Shown: positions 12,321 through 23,684 of the stretch, in pieces
Numbering within the stretch: the stretch's first letter is position 1
Layout: each line of letters starts with the position of its first letter
From: an uncultured Methanosarcinaceae archaeon
Lineage (GTDB): Archaea > Halobacteriota > Methanosarcinia > Methanosarcinales > Methanosarcinaceae
Length of the DNA stretch: 64,000 bases
NCBI GenBank assembly: GCA_963733675.1
Contig: CAVTET010000004.1
Location: forward strand, 750,082-814,081
Direction of reading: 5' to 3'
The notes under the pieces: model-generated
What the model was told of the DNA's origin: nothing
Databases searched by the model: none
Seen by the model: only the letters and a program-made list of their open reading frames with translations
Program-made: the position numbers and the translations under genes

Positions 12321-12581
12321 ATGAGACGACTCGGTAAAGTGCTACAAAGATCAGGTACCAAAAACCTGATAGTCAAAGGAGATGAGATCAAATCCGATAA
12401 TACCTCAGGTAATATTCCAAAATTGAATTCGATTGTTGTGGATAAGGCCCTGAACCAGATTGGTGCGATTGTCAGCGTCTTTGGACCTGTAAACCAACCT
12501 TATTTTTTCGTGAAGGGATTTAAGCAAATTCCTGATTCTGAGTTTCGGATTATGGTAAATGAAAAGGTCTATATTCGGTGA
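12321..12581 (+). CDS. gar1: H/ACA RNP component Gar1/Naf1 family
   Basis: MRRLGKVL…IGAIVSVFGPVNQPYFFVK. Position directly upstream of tfb is typical of archaea. Start may be 12312. Confidence 0.85.
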   Translation: MRRLGKVLQRSGTKNLIVKGDEIKSDNTSGNIPKLNSIVVDKALNQIGAIVSVFGPVNQPYFFVKGFKQIPDSEFRIMVNEKVYIR

Positions 12582-12772
12582 GATCTCTGAAATTCGATAT
12601 ATGCATGAATCCTTTGTTATGGTTCGACTTTAACTGGTATATACGTTTTTTGCTATCAATAGCCGTGAGTTTTCTTATCCTGTTTTTTATAACATAGATT
12701 CTTTAATTTGGTGCAGGTTCTGAATTACAGGAAATCATAAAGATGTCATGCTAACTTGTAAGGTGATATGAT

Positions 12773-13786
12773 ATGGTAGAAGTCGAAAGAGTTCGCTATT
12801 CGGACACTCTTGAAAGAGAAAAAATACGTTCAATGATCAAAGCTCGCAAAGAGAAGCAAAAGGAGCAAAGTTTTGAGAACGAAAAGGCCTTGTGTCCGGA
12901 ATGCGGCAGCAGGAACCTTGTTCACGACTACGAGCGAGCTGAGCTAGTGTGTGGTGACTGCGGACTTGTCATAGATGCTGATTTTGTGGATGAAGGACCA
13001 GAATGGCGAGCTTTCGATCATGATCAACGGATGAAACGCTCTCGTGTGGGCGCGCCTATGACTTATACAATCCATGATAAAGGACTTTCCACAATGATAG
13101 ACTGGAGAAATCGTGATTCCTACGGAAAGTCAATCTCCTCCAAAAATCGTGCTCAGCTATATCGTTTAAGAAAATGGCAGCGTAGAATCCGTGTAAGCAA
13201 CGCAACTGAAAGGAACCTTGCTTTTGCCCTTTCCGAATTGGATAGAATGGCTTCTGCTTTGGGTCTCCCTAGAACTGTCAGAGAAACTGCGGCTGTTGTC
13301 TACAGAAAAGCTGTGGATAAGAATCTTATAAGGGGACGAAGCATTGAAGGTGTGGCTGCAGCGGCTCTTTATGCTGCTTGTCGTCAGTGCAGTGTCCCGA
13401 GAACTCTTGATGAGATTGAAGAAGTATCTAGGGTCAGCCGGAAAGAAATCGGAAGAACCTACCGCTTTATTTCCAGGGAACTTGCATTAAAGCTCATGCC
13501 TACTTCTCCTATTGATTATGTACCAAGGTTCTGCTCTGGCCTTAATCTGAAAGGAGAAGTTCAGTCCAAAAGCGTTGAGATCCTGAGACAGGCCTCTGAA
13601 AAAGAACTGACAAGCGGAAGAGGCCCTACAGGAGTTGCTGCGGCTGCAATATATATTGCATCCATCCTATGCGGTGAACGGAGGACTCAGCGTGAAGTCG
13701 CAGACGTTGCCGGGGTTACTGAAGTTACTATCAGGAACAGATACAAAGAACTTGCAGAAGAACTGGATATTGAAATTATTCTCTAA
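12773..13786 (+). CDS. tfb: Transcription initiation factor IIB
   Basis: Zn ribbon CPECG…VCGDCG, GPEWRAF, two cyclin repeats (GRSIEG, SGRGPTG), [13 protein letters not shown]. Confidence 0.98.
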   Translation: MVEVERVRYSDTLEREKIRSMIKARKEKQKEQSFENEKALCPECGSRNLVHDYERAELVCGDCGLVIDADFVDEGPEWRAFDHDQRMKRSRVGAPMTYTIHDKGLSTMIDWRNRDSYGKSISSKNRAQLYRLRKWQRRIRVSNATERNLAFALSELDRMASALGLPRTVRETAAVVYRKAVDKNLIRGRSIEGVAAAALYAACRQCSVPRTLDEIEEVSRVSRKEIGRTYRFISRELALKLMPTSPIDYVPRFCSGLNLKGEVQSKSVEILRQASEKELTSGRGPTGVAAAAIYIASILCGERRTQREVADVAGVTEVTIRNRYKELAEELDIEIIL

Positions 13787-14057
13787 AATTTTTCTAATTT
13801 TTCGGTCTCCAACTCGGTTTCAGCTTTGTCTCTATATTTGCAGGAAAGAAAAGGCTTATTTTTAAAATCGCTTTCGTTTTTTGACCATTCAATATGTTTT
13901 CAAAAACACATTAAAATATTTCTACAAATGTTTTGATTAATAATATTGCTAATTGAAATTCCGAAAGAATTTCTTTCAGAAAATTTAGATAAATTCCTAA
14001 ATTTCGTCAACTTTTACAAATTGTATATGTAGCTTGCTAGTGAAAATCATAATAGAA

Positions 14058-14200
14058 TTCCGATTTACCTCTAATTTTGTTCTTAGCGTGAATGCTTTCC
14101 AAATTTTTCTCGTCTATGGCTGTATTTGACCCGATTTTTTCTTTTCTGGTTCATTTGATAGAGATTATAACAAAACCTTCAAATCCACTCTTAAACAGTA
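14058..14200 (-). mobile_element. Internally deleted IS5-family end remnant
   Basis: gatttacctctaatttt…ccaaattt…tgtatttgacccgattttttcttttctg matches 22050-22140. Confidence 0.6.
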
Positions 14201-14214
14201 ATGGAAACTGTATA

Positions 14215-14440
14215 ATATTGCTTTCTTCGATATAATTAGTGCAGATTTAATATATATATTGAGAGAGCCTCTATAAGTACATCATACGGAAAGCATCGCA
14301 GCCTTCTCTGAAATTAGAGCTGCAACTAATATTATTTCAGAGCCGCCCATAGGCTTTGAGGCTTGGTACAATAAAGGGCTTGCTCTATATAAATTAAATA
14401 AATCCAATGGAGCAATAAAAGATACGGTATGGAATAACTG
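14215..14440 (+). pseudogene. Tetratricopeptide-repeat gene fragment
   Basis: FEAWYNKGLALYKLNKSNGAIKD, a canonical Methanosarcina TPR unit, interrupted by repeat family B. Confidence 0.55.
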
Positions 14441-15012
14441 AGTTTACAGACACATAGTCAAAAATTATGAGATTTTCATTTTTTGCAGTGGAAACTACAG
14501 TTTCCCAAAAATGGGTAATCTAATCATTAATCAAATTTGTTAGATGACCCAATGACACGACATTGTATTCAACAAAATTGAATTCAGTTATATGGTATTG
14601 ATAATAGCTTTTATCAAGCCTAGTAATTCTGGGATCTAATTCCCTCCCACTTGATGGTATCGGCATGCTCATAAGCACTTCCTTACTAATAATTTACATA
14701 GCTGTTAAAACTTCTCATATAATCCTATTAAAAGAAACTGAGCAAGACCCTGGATATTCTTCACATTATATCCGAGTTTAAGGCCAGATACAATCTAGAC
14801 ATCAAGAAAAAAGAGCTCCTAGAAATCCTAGATTATCTAACTGAAAAGGGAGAAATCGAATGCATAGATGGGAATATACCCACATGGAGAGTTTTGAAAG
14901 ATAACATTTGAGGGCCTTGTCCATAAGTTTTTGAAAATAGCACATCAAACACTCTCTTTATATTTTTCAAAAAAATGGGTTGGTTTTTTGTAAACTAAGA
15001 TTTTTTAATACT

Positions 15013-15219
15013 TTATAACCCGAATTTGACAGATTCTACTAATTAACACAGTGTTTTATAACAAAAAACGCATTGCATCGGCAAGGAACCTTTAGGGAAA
15101 ATGAAAAATGTCCAAAATCAAAAAACACAAGATAGAATTTTGAATTTATGAAGAAAACAGAGGTATGAAGTCCATTTATACATTATCAAATGTATGATTC
15201 TGTCAAATTAGGGTTATAA
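15013..15219. mobile_element. MITE-like element, ~207 bp, 21-bp imperfect TIRs
   Basis: ttataacccgaatttgacaga (15013) versus tctgtcaaattagggttataa (15199-15219), 1 mismatch, no ORF between. Confidence 0.7.
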
Positions 15220-15590
15220 TAAAAATTTAGTAAAAATATTTATTTTATATTAACACAATAATATACATCGTAAAACATATTTTGGGAGACATTTCAGTTT
15301 CTTTGTAGGCTTCAGGTGTTAGACTCCTCAAAAGATTGGTGTGTAAAGTTGGGCTAAAAATGAGGAGTTTTTGAGGATATTTGTTTGGGATAATTATTAC
15401 AGCGACTATATGAATATACTTGTTATCCTTCGACGAGTAGCGGGTGAATGCAAAAAAATAGTAAGAAACATATAACTAAATTAATTTAGCGTTAGATGAT
15501 TGCGATTTTAAACAAAAAAAGATTTTTATTAACATAAAATAATATTTATAAAAATTGGAAGTGGTAAGTAAACTTTTAATTTTTTCAAAT

Positions 15591-16019
15591 CTATTTAATA
15601 ATAACATTCTTATGAACCCACAACTTCCTAACACAACCATCACACTTGATAGTCATACAACTAATATAATAACCAGTCTTTGGAAACTTGTGTAACGGAT
15701 TTTTTAGTGATGGAGTAATTTTTGTTCCTTCGCGAGAGGTTCCATCTCCAAAGTCCCATCTGATATATGTCTCATCACCTTTTGATAGATCCTTAAATCG
15801 TACTATTCGTGGATCACTTGAAACGGCTATCGCCGTATAATCAATTTGTTCATTCCTGCAGCCGGATAAGCGGGCTGTCGCTGAAGGAGTTCCTGCACCA
15901 AGAGGAGTCGGGGATACAGAACATTTTGCAGAGGTTCCTGCAGACAATAAAGTCAACATCATTAATATGGTGAAAACAGATACAGTTATTTTCCATATAG
16001 ACTTCCCATTATTTCTCAT
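15591..16019 (-). CDS. Secreted PKD-domain protein
   Basis: Signal peptide (…LTLLSAGTSA), VRFKDLSKG…RWDFGDGT…NPLHKF PKD motif, GGAGG RBS. Confidence 0.8.
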   Translation of the reverse strand: MRNNGKSIWKITVSVFTILMMLTLLSAGTSAKCSVSPTPLGAGTPSATARLSGCRNEQIDYTAIAVSSDPRIVRFKDLSKGDETYIRWDFGDGTSREGTKITPSLKNPLHKFPKTGYYISCMTIKCDGCVRKLWVHKNVIIK

Positions 16020-17604
16020 TTTTCCTCCTGTTTTTTTTTCTTAGTTTGAGCCGGGAACAGGTCTCTACCATTACAAGACTGATGTTTTAACATTTCTAAA
16101 TGTGAATATATGTGTGATATTCACAGCATTTAACTTTATTTACAAATTTAAATGTAGAATTTGAAAAATAGCAATTTTCTCAAAAAGATTGCTATTCAGA
16201 CAACTGAAAAAACAACTATGTTTTTGATCCTATAAACATCAAGATTAATCGTATATATTCTTTTACTGATCTCTATTAACTTGGCATTATTAGATTAAAA
16301 AGTTCTTTGATAACTATTGAGGAAAAATGTAAACAAATAAGAGTAGTGGGAGCCAAATAAGGAAACTAATTATCTCATAAATCACCTGACTTAGTCATTC
16401 TACATATTATAAGTTAATAATGATAGAGGCATAAACATTATAATCGTAAATATAGTAAGGAATAGGCCACTAATAGACTCAAAGTAAGTTTCTCATTCTA
16501 TGGACATGGGAGGAACTGTATTAGCCCCCACAAAATCGATTCTAAGGTCGTTAAAGTAATTTAAGTGGGCTTTATGGGGTAGAGACATTGGGATCATTTG
16601 GTAGATGATTTTGATGACCGTGGTTGAAATTGTGATAAAGATTATTACATAGACCATCGTGGCCTATATAAATATTGTTAATAGTTCTAAGCAAATATTA
16701 TTTCTCAACGTTGTTTGGATCTTTTTTGCTTTGACATTGGAACAGGTGTAGGAGTTGATGTGCTTAAGTATGAGTATGGTTCAAAGGCATTTGATAGTTT
16801 GTTAGGCTATCAGGATATAGAAATTGTTAAAGGTTAGGGATATTGGACAAAAATAGTATACTTGTAAAAGTACATTCAACAATGGTCATTTACAATATAA
16901 TAGCCTACATGGTATGGATCCAAGCTTTAAACAAGTTAACCATTATGGGAATCAAAAATTATGCTGAATTGGAGAGGGAGTTACTGTTGACGATGCACAT
17001 ATCAACAGTATCTGATTATACTTCAAGAAATTTACTTATCTGTTCGGCGAGAAGTATGGTTTAGTACTTTATAAACTTTCTTATTTTAGCTTTCTTGAAA
17101 TCTGAGCTGTTTTTATACAACTCACAAAATGTATTTGCTCAGCATTCCAGCAATTTTTGGTTTTTTGATTCTTTTGTTTCTTTTATTTAATACTATCTAT
17201 ATATATACAAACAAATGTTATCTCATTTTACGAAGATCTTGATGCTCTCTAGCCTAGCGTAGTAAATATCGTTAGAAATAAGTCAATGCTAGGCTCTTTG
17301 TAAGGTTCTCATTCGATGACAATGGGAAGTATACTAATCACCAAAAAATAGATCACAGAGTCGCTAAATGAATTCGTTTTTCGAAAAAGTAGGATGTAGA
17401 GCCAATAGTTTTACTGATAAAGTTCTTGTGTCTATTATTCTCACTGATGTCTTGTTTTTAACGTAAAATCTGTGTATAATTTCAACATCAACTTTCCATT
17501 ACAGTTTTTTGCACTATTACCTAACTCATAAGCTTGGGAGTATAGAGAAACGCATACCAATTTGCTTTTCTGTTACAAGTTTAACGCCAAATGTTGTTTC
17601 ATTT

Positions 17605-17666
17605 TCACGATTATAAGGCAGGATGCTCCCTATTTTAGATGTGAATACGCTATCTTATAATCGTGA
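17605..17666. repeat. Palindromic mini-element (CACGATTATAAG-N~37-CTTATAATCGTG)
   Basis: 13-bp perfect inverted repeat. Homologous inverted copy at 39157-39216, half copy at ~63757-63782. Confidence 0.75.
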
Positions 17667-17764
17667 TACACTATATAGCTAGTTTCTTCTGTATCGATCT
17701 TATGGAATTTTCACAACTTCAATACATTTGATTATATTAGTTTTCAAAATTTTAGAAATCGCCT

Positions 17765-19455
17765 ATGTTACAATTATTTTAACTTGTTCCGGTGCACTTT
17801 TCACAGTGTTATTGAGTGCTGCCATTAAAACGTCATAAATTCTTGCGTTAGAGTAAGTATGCACTGGATTCTGTTGGGTAGAATAAGTTCCATCTCCAAA
17901 TGACCAGTATTATGACGTTGGCGATCCTGTACTTTGATCAGTGAACTGTACAGTTAGGGGAGCGCACCTTGGGTTGTATTGGCACTGAAAGCTGCAACAG
18001 GTATCGTACCAGGAGAAGTACACTTCCTTTATAGTCTAACGAGGATCATCAGCCTGTGCAGAGGTCGTAACCAGATTCGGCACTAAGGCTACCGCATTTG
18101 CCCGACGTAATATCACGGAAATCATTTGGTTTGGGGCCATTGTTGTACAATGTATTAAAGATGGTGCTTGCCACGGAGTAGTTAGCAGCATTCGCAACAT
18201 TGAAAATGCCCGCAGTCAGTGGCGCCGAAAGACTGGTGCCGCCTATAAGATAAGGATACCAAGCGCCAGCTAAGTAAATCGGTACTCCGGATGAAGGATT
18301 GGCGTCCATAGCTATGTCAGGTGTGCCCCATTGCGTTCCCACGACACTTTGAACTGAGTTTTGGAAAGAGGGCCGTGGCTCGTAGCTGGATTTGCCGCCG
18401 CCGCCATGAGTCCATGTCGTTTCACTCACATAATTATTATTTGCATCCCTGTTGATCGTGGTACCGCCAATACCTATAACATAAGGAGAAGCCGCCGGAT
18501 ATACAACTTTGCCACCGGTGTCTCCGGAGCAGGCGAGATGAACGACTTGTGGCAGACTGGCATTATTGAAAATAGGGTCACGATTGTTTTCACCTCTAGA
18601 TTCGGAAAAATACCAGCTCATGGAAACCATGCCTCCTCCATTGGTGGAAACCAAATATTGAGCAGCTTGCACGGCCGCGTCCAAGTCTGTGCTTGAAGTG
18701 CTTTGCGCTTCAACCAGGAAAAGCTTGGCGTTTGGCGCCATAGCGTGCGCCCATTCGAGATCAAGCATTGTCTCTATATCCCATCCGGTTCTTACGCTAG
18801 TCGGAGGTTTGGTTGCAGTAATATAAGGCCATGCACTACCACCAGCGTATACAACATTTAAGTTGGGAGCCTGCAGGCCAAAATATGCTGAGAAATAAGC
18901 CAAATCCGTCGCAGACGTAGGGGTATCATACGCATCGACGATTGCAATCGCACCATTGCCACCCACAGGGTTGACCGTTGTGAAAGACTGGTTGCAGCCA
19001 ATAGATTGTGTGATCGATTGAGTAGTCTGATTATACACGCAGGCGAAAGAGGAGGGGCTTTCTCCAGAGAGGATACTTTTATTATTGCTACCCAAGTTAC
19101 TGGTATTGGTTATATAATTATTTAAATTGTTAACAGCCTCAGTATATGAAACTGGCTGAACCGCTATACCATTTGGCGGAACCAGTATCCTAAAGTTAGT
19201 ATGGGCGGCTATACCGATATCCTTTGGCTTCACTAGAGTTGAAGGTGGGATATATTCCTGCCAGTCTGAACCATGAAGCGGTGATGAAGGTACCGCATTA
19301 ACAAATTGGCCACCCGGCAGTAGTGGAAAGTCAGTGTTGGCTTGTACTGAAGACAGGGCGCTTACTGCACTAGCTGTCATTGAAAGCATTATAAAAAAAT
19401 TACCAAAATAGAACATTTATTTTTCACTCGATCAAATCTTTGTATTGACATTCAT
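17765..19455 (-). pseudogene. Sedolisin-like S53 peptidase fused to a C-terminal PKD domain. Core ORF 18049-19416 is open, but the 5' end and PKD tail are disrupted
   Basis: ETMLDLEWAHAMAP, CSGDTG, GGTSLSAP and GYDLCTG, then TGA TGA where WG is expected. Downstream frames give PVAAFSAN…PLTVQFTDQSTGSPTS*YWSFGDG…QNPVHTY. The upstream ATG 19455 frame has a stop and a frameshift. Confidence 0.8.
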
Positions 19456-19789
19456 ACACTCCTTTTTTATTAAATTTTACATAATTTTAATCAAGTTAGG
19501 ACTTACGGAGCTTAATTGAAAAATTATACTATTGATAAAATCGTAATTGTCCTTTCAGATCTTGATCATTTTTCGCTGACTTATCGGCATTCATAAATTT
19601 GTATTGCCTCTCTTATTATGGCACATAGATATAAATATATTTTTAATGTTGCGTAGTATATGTCGAGTCAATTTTATATTAATTAATGGTTATATTTTAA
19701 CTGGTGTCCTTTCATTGTTATCAATTGAGTTTTATAGATGATATTCAATATATCACTAACAAAGTTGTGTTTAAGAAGCAAAATTGTTT

Positions 19790-19975
19790 TGTGAAAATAT
19801 ATGGACTCAAAAATGATACGAAAAGATTTACAATCAATTAAGAATCAATTTCAGCAAGTTTATCTCTAACTAACTGAAGACTCTTGTATTTTCTTTAATA
19901 GCAAAATCAGTAAAATTTTGCATGAGTAAAAATTATTGTTAAGAGATTTGAACTCTTCAATACTCAAATGCATAG
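19790..19975 (-). mobile_element. IS5-family 5' end remnant
   Basis: Reverse strand reads MQNFTDFAIKE…DKLAEIDS, homologous to 42449-42545. Confidence 0.65.
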
Positions 19976-20559
19976 AAGTTCATATAAAGTATCTGCAGAT
20001 TGTGCCCTTATACAAAGTGAATACAAAATATGAATTATTATCGCAGTGCCTTTAATCCACGAAAATTGGACGGCATATAGTAGCTAGTTTACTGCCGTAG
20101 CCGGGTAAATCAGCAGTAGAAGTCCTGCCTCCTCAAAAAATTAACCTGCAAATTAGTTATTCATCAGAGCATTTAGAGTAGTTTTCGGTTTTCATTTCAT
20201 GCCTAATTACAATAATTCTATGCTTTATCCTGAGTACACACGTTCTTCCGGAACCTGAACTTGTTTTTCAAGCGTAATACGCTGAATAACTCTCAGCTGT
20301 CTAATGTATCCAAAAACTAGGAAAACAATTAACATAATTTTAGATAGTTCGATATTTAAGTAAGAAATATTAACAAAATCTGAAATAGCTTTAGGACTTA
20401 CGCACTTGAAACCAGAATCAAGTACAATGGATTATGTGGTTTTTTGAAGTTCTTCTTTGTACAATTGAAAGTTTAATGATATTGATTTTTCAATTCAAAT
20501 TAGTAATTCCCAAGCTTAACAATAAAAGGTAACTACATAATTCCGGAAGGTAAATTCTC

Positions 20560-21567
20560 ATGAAACGGCATTGTATAAAGATCCCCAAAAAGAAAGGAGA
20601 ATTTGCAAGGAAAATGCTACTTGATCTTGAAATCCTTGATAATTCACTAAAGATAGGTGTGGATGGAACATTTCTTTATATCCCCCTTTCTAGAGAGCCT
20701 ACAACTGATGAACTGAAAAGTCTTCCTGAAAAAACAGAACTTATTGATTTCTATTTTGAGTTCCAGAAAAAAAAACCTCTCCTTAAAGATCTTTTAGATT
20801 TCAGTCCCTCATATGAAGTCATCGGAGATATCGCCCTTCTGGAAGAGGACCTTGATCAGCAAAAAGCTTCAAAAATCGCAAACGTTCTCATCCGGACCCA
20901 ACCTAATATAAAAACTGTGCTCAAGCCCCTCACCCCAGTAATCGGGGAATTCAGGCTCCGAAAATTTAGAATTATAGCAGGCGAGCCAAAAACAGAAACC
21001 ATTCATAGGGAATACGGATGTAGCTACAAAGTGGACCTTTCAAAGGCTTATTTCACTCCACGCCTTTCTACCGAGCGCTCTAGAATTCTTTCCTGGATTA
21101 AGGAAGGTGATACCATTATAGACATGTTTGCAGGTGTAGGCCCTTACAGCATCCTACTCGCAAAAAGCAAGAAACCTTCAAATGTGATAGCGATTGACAA
21201 AAATCCTGATGCAGTGTACTACCTGAAAGAAAATATAACCCTTAATTCGGCAAAAAATATCAAGGCAATAGAAGGCGATTCTAGGGAAGAAGCAAAAAAG
21301 TTTGCAAACACTGCAGACCATGTGATTATGAACCTCCCCCACAGTGCCCACGAGTTTCTTGACTCTGCTATTCTCCTTACAAAGCCGGGAGGGATTATAC
21401 ATTACTATGGAATAGCTCATGAAGATGATCTCTTCGAAAGCTATATTAAATTCATAAGCGTAGCTGCTGAGAGAACAGGAAGACATGTAAAGATTCTGGA
21501 GAAAAGAGTGGTACGTTCTTATGCTCCTCACCAGTATAATATATGCATTGAAGTCAAAATAATTTAA
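20560..21567 (+). CDS. trm5: tRNA (guanine(37)-N1)-methyltransferase, Trm5/Met-10+ family
   Basis: SYEVIGDIA, HREYGCSYKVDL.KAYFTPRLSTER, DMFAGVGPY, IDKNPDA, HVIMNLP, VRSYAP. Confidence 0.88.
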   Translation: MKRHCIKIPKKKGEFARKMLLDLEILDNSLKIGVDGTFLYIPLSREPTTDELKSLPEKTELIDFYFEFQKKKPLLKDLLDFSPSYEVIGDIALLEEDLDQQKASKIANVLIRTQPNIKTVLKPLTPVIGEFRLRKFRIIAGEPKTETIHREYGCSYKVDLSKAYFTPRLSTERSRILSWIKEGDTIIDMFAGVGPYSILLAKSKKPSNVIAIDKNPDAVYYLKENITLNSAKNIKAIEGDSREEAKKFANTADHVIMNLPHSAHEFLDSAILLTKPGGIIHYYGIAHEDDLFESYIKFISVAAERTGRHVKILEKRVVRSYAPHQYNICIEVKII

Positions 21568-21655
21568 GGTCATGAAATATAGAATGATTCTGCAGAGCGA
21601 AATAATTAAATTCTTAATTGTTATTTTAAGCTTGCTGATCTTCTCTTCTCCATAT

Positions 21656-21727
21656 GTCGTCGTGGCTTAGTGGTATAGCGGCTGATTCGTAATCAGCAGG
21701 TCGAGGGTTCAAGTCCCTCCGGCGACT
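21656..21727 (+). tRNA. tRNA-Thr (CGU)
   Basis: Cloverleaf: acceptor GTCGTCG/CGGCGAC, anticodon arm GCTGA-TTCGTAA-TCAGC, T arm GAGGG-TTCAAGT-CCCTC, discriminator T, no encoded CCA. Confidence 0.95.
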
Positions 21728-22045
21728 CTTACCTATTTTTGTTTAATGTATTCTTTTTTGTTGAGTGGATAAATGGAAATGATATAAACAAACACTCATG
21801 AGCCGTTACCGCACGCATGAAAAATGAAAAACTTTCAGTATCTCTTTTATCTCCATTTTATACCTGATATGTTCAGTGAAGGCTGTCCAGTTTTTAGGAC
21901 ATCGATCCAGTTAAACAAACTAGCCATTTTAACCTCGTAAATATGAATGCATCTTAGAAAGCATATATTGGAAATTATTCACTACGAGGATTTTACATCC
22001 ACTTTATCAGGAGTAAAAAACGATGAAGATACCAAAAATAAAGAG

Positions 22046-22661
22046 GATTTAGATTTACCTCTAATTTTTTTCGCGGAAATCCTATCCAAAATTTGTCTCA
22101 CTGATCTCTGTATTTGACCCGATTTTTTCTTTTCTGATCCATTATTCTTTGATTTTAAAGACAGCTCTCTCTATCCTCAAGATACTACTTTTATTTTCAA
22201 TGTAATCAATTGATAGAGGTTATAACAAAAAGCTCTACACGACATCTTCAGATTCACTCTTTGAACAGTAGTGACAAGAACTTTGCCTGCTTTGAATATC
22301 CTTTTAGTTACTGAAAAACTCGTTCCTATTGAGGTCTTTTTGATCTAATTCTCTTGTTTCTTGAGATATCATTCATTCACATAATCTGTTCTTTTACTGT
22401 TCTTTTCATTGTTGAATCATACCCTTTTGATGTTGCTTCAAAGTATCCTCTGTCTCTGTAAACCACTTCATTTTTTTCTGATGAATCTACCTGAGAATCA
22501 TAAAGTGATGCTATCTTTGTTTTGAATATTCTGATCAGCTCATAATCCCTGCCTATTATGCTATGAAGCTTATATTCAAAATGTAAATCATTACCTTTTT
22601 TTAGCAGATCTAAACTCACATCCTTTTTTCCAAAAAAAAGACCCGGAATCAGGTACTTCAA
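22046..22661 (-). mobile_element. IS5-family transposase remnant (3' half plus end)
   Basis: HFEYKLHSIIGRDYELIR…SLYDSQVDSSEKNEVVYRDRGYF…GYDSTMKR, continuing with stops to GKVLVTTVQRVNLKM…FCYNLYQL. Confidence 0.8.
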
Positions 22662-22791
22662 TTTTACCTGATTCTACGATAGAAATGTATTCAAAACCAT
22701 TATATACAAATTCCGAAGTTTCGAAAGAGGACCTTAATGAAGAATTTTACTTTTCACGTTCCATTTTTTTCTTCCGGTCATTAAAATTCTT

Positions 22792-23499
22792 TTAGTTTTT
22801 ATTTTCATCCGTAATCCAGGTTCCCCAGGATATCGGAGATTTTTTGATCACCCCTTCATCGAGAACTTCTCCAAGCGCGGAAGGGTTCTGAGCATCCATA
22901 ACAAGTGCATCGAGCTTGCAGCGTTCGAGAATCTTTGCAGCTACAGGATCCACAGGGGACTTGGAGCCTGCTTTCATTTCGATTGCCATAACTATATTTA
23001 CGAGTTTTTTAGGAGAGATTTTATCGTATTTTACTGCAGTTGGGTCACAGTCAGGATCTGAGGAATAAATTCCATTAATAGAGGTTGCAATTGTAAGCAG
23101 GTCTGCCTGCAAGTACTCTGCAAGGATTGCAGCAACAGCATCTGTGGTTTGGCCAGGAGTAACTCCTCCCATGACCACTACTTTCCCTGAATACATGGCC
23201 TCTGCAGCTTCAATATAGTTTGTAGGGATCTTTGGATAGGCACCGGATCCGATAGCGGCAATAAGCAGTCGTGCGTTTAGTCGAGTAATCTCAATACCTA
23301 TATAGTCACAGGTTACTTCATCGGCCCCCATAATCCGCGCAGCACCAATGTAACTCCTGGCTGCTTCTCCACCACCAGTTATTACAATTATATTATGTTT
23401 TTTTGAGAGGTTTCGAAGAATTACTGCATATTCCAAATAACGATTTGCATCAAGGTTTTTTGCAAGAATTGAACCGCCTAATGAGAGTACAATGAGCAT
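22792..23499 (-). CDS. pyrH: UMP kinase
   Basis: VLSLGGS, ITGGGEAAR.YI, GIEITRLNA, MGGVTPGQTTDAVAA, DPVAAK. Confidence 0.95.
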   Translation of the reverse strand: MLIVLSLGGSILAKNLDANRYLEYAVILRNLSKKHNIIVITGGGEAARSYIGAARIMGADEVTCDYIGIEITRLNARLLIAAIGSGAYPKIPTNYIEAAEAMYSGKVVVMGGVTPGQTTDAVAAILAEYLQADLLTIATSINGIYSSDPDCDPTAVKYDKISPKKLVNIVMAIEMKAGSKSPVDPVAAKILERCKLDALVMDAQNPSALGEVLDEGVIKKSPISWGTWITDENKN

Positions 23500-23684
23500 G
23501 ATAATATCTACACATTAATCTGATTTTTAAATGTATCGCTAGACTTCTCTTCTTAAATCACCACAAATCCCATATAAAGAGAAACCCTAAAGATCCCCAA
23601 AATGATAAATAACTGCTCAAGGCAGATATTGTTTAAGTTGGCTATTGCCTAAAGCAGGTAAATTTTTTAGGTGCAGGGTTGTAC

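Noticed and set aside
16500-17064. Possible coding remnant and 73-aa ORF
   Set aside because: No recognisable motif in any frame; cannot be supported
21727-22700. Integrative element at the tRNA-Thr 3' end
   Set aside because: No integrase and no duplicated tRNA 3' end seen; only an IS5 relic before pyrH
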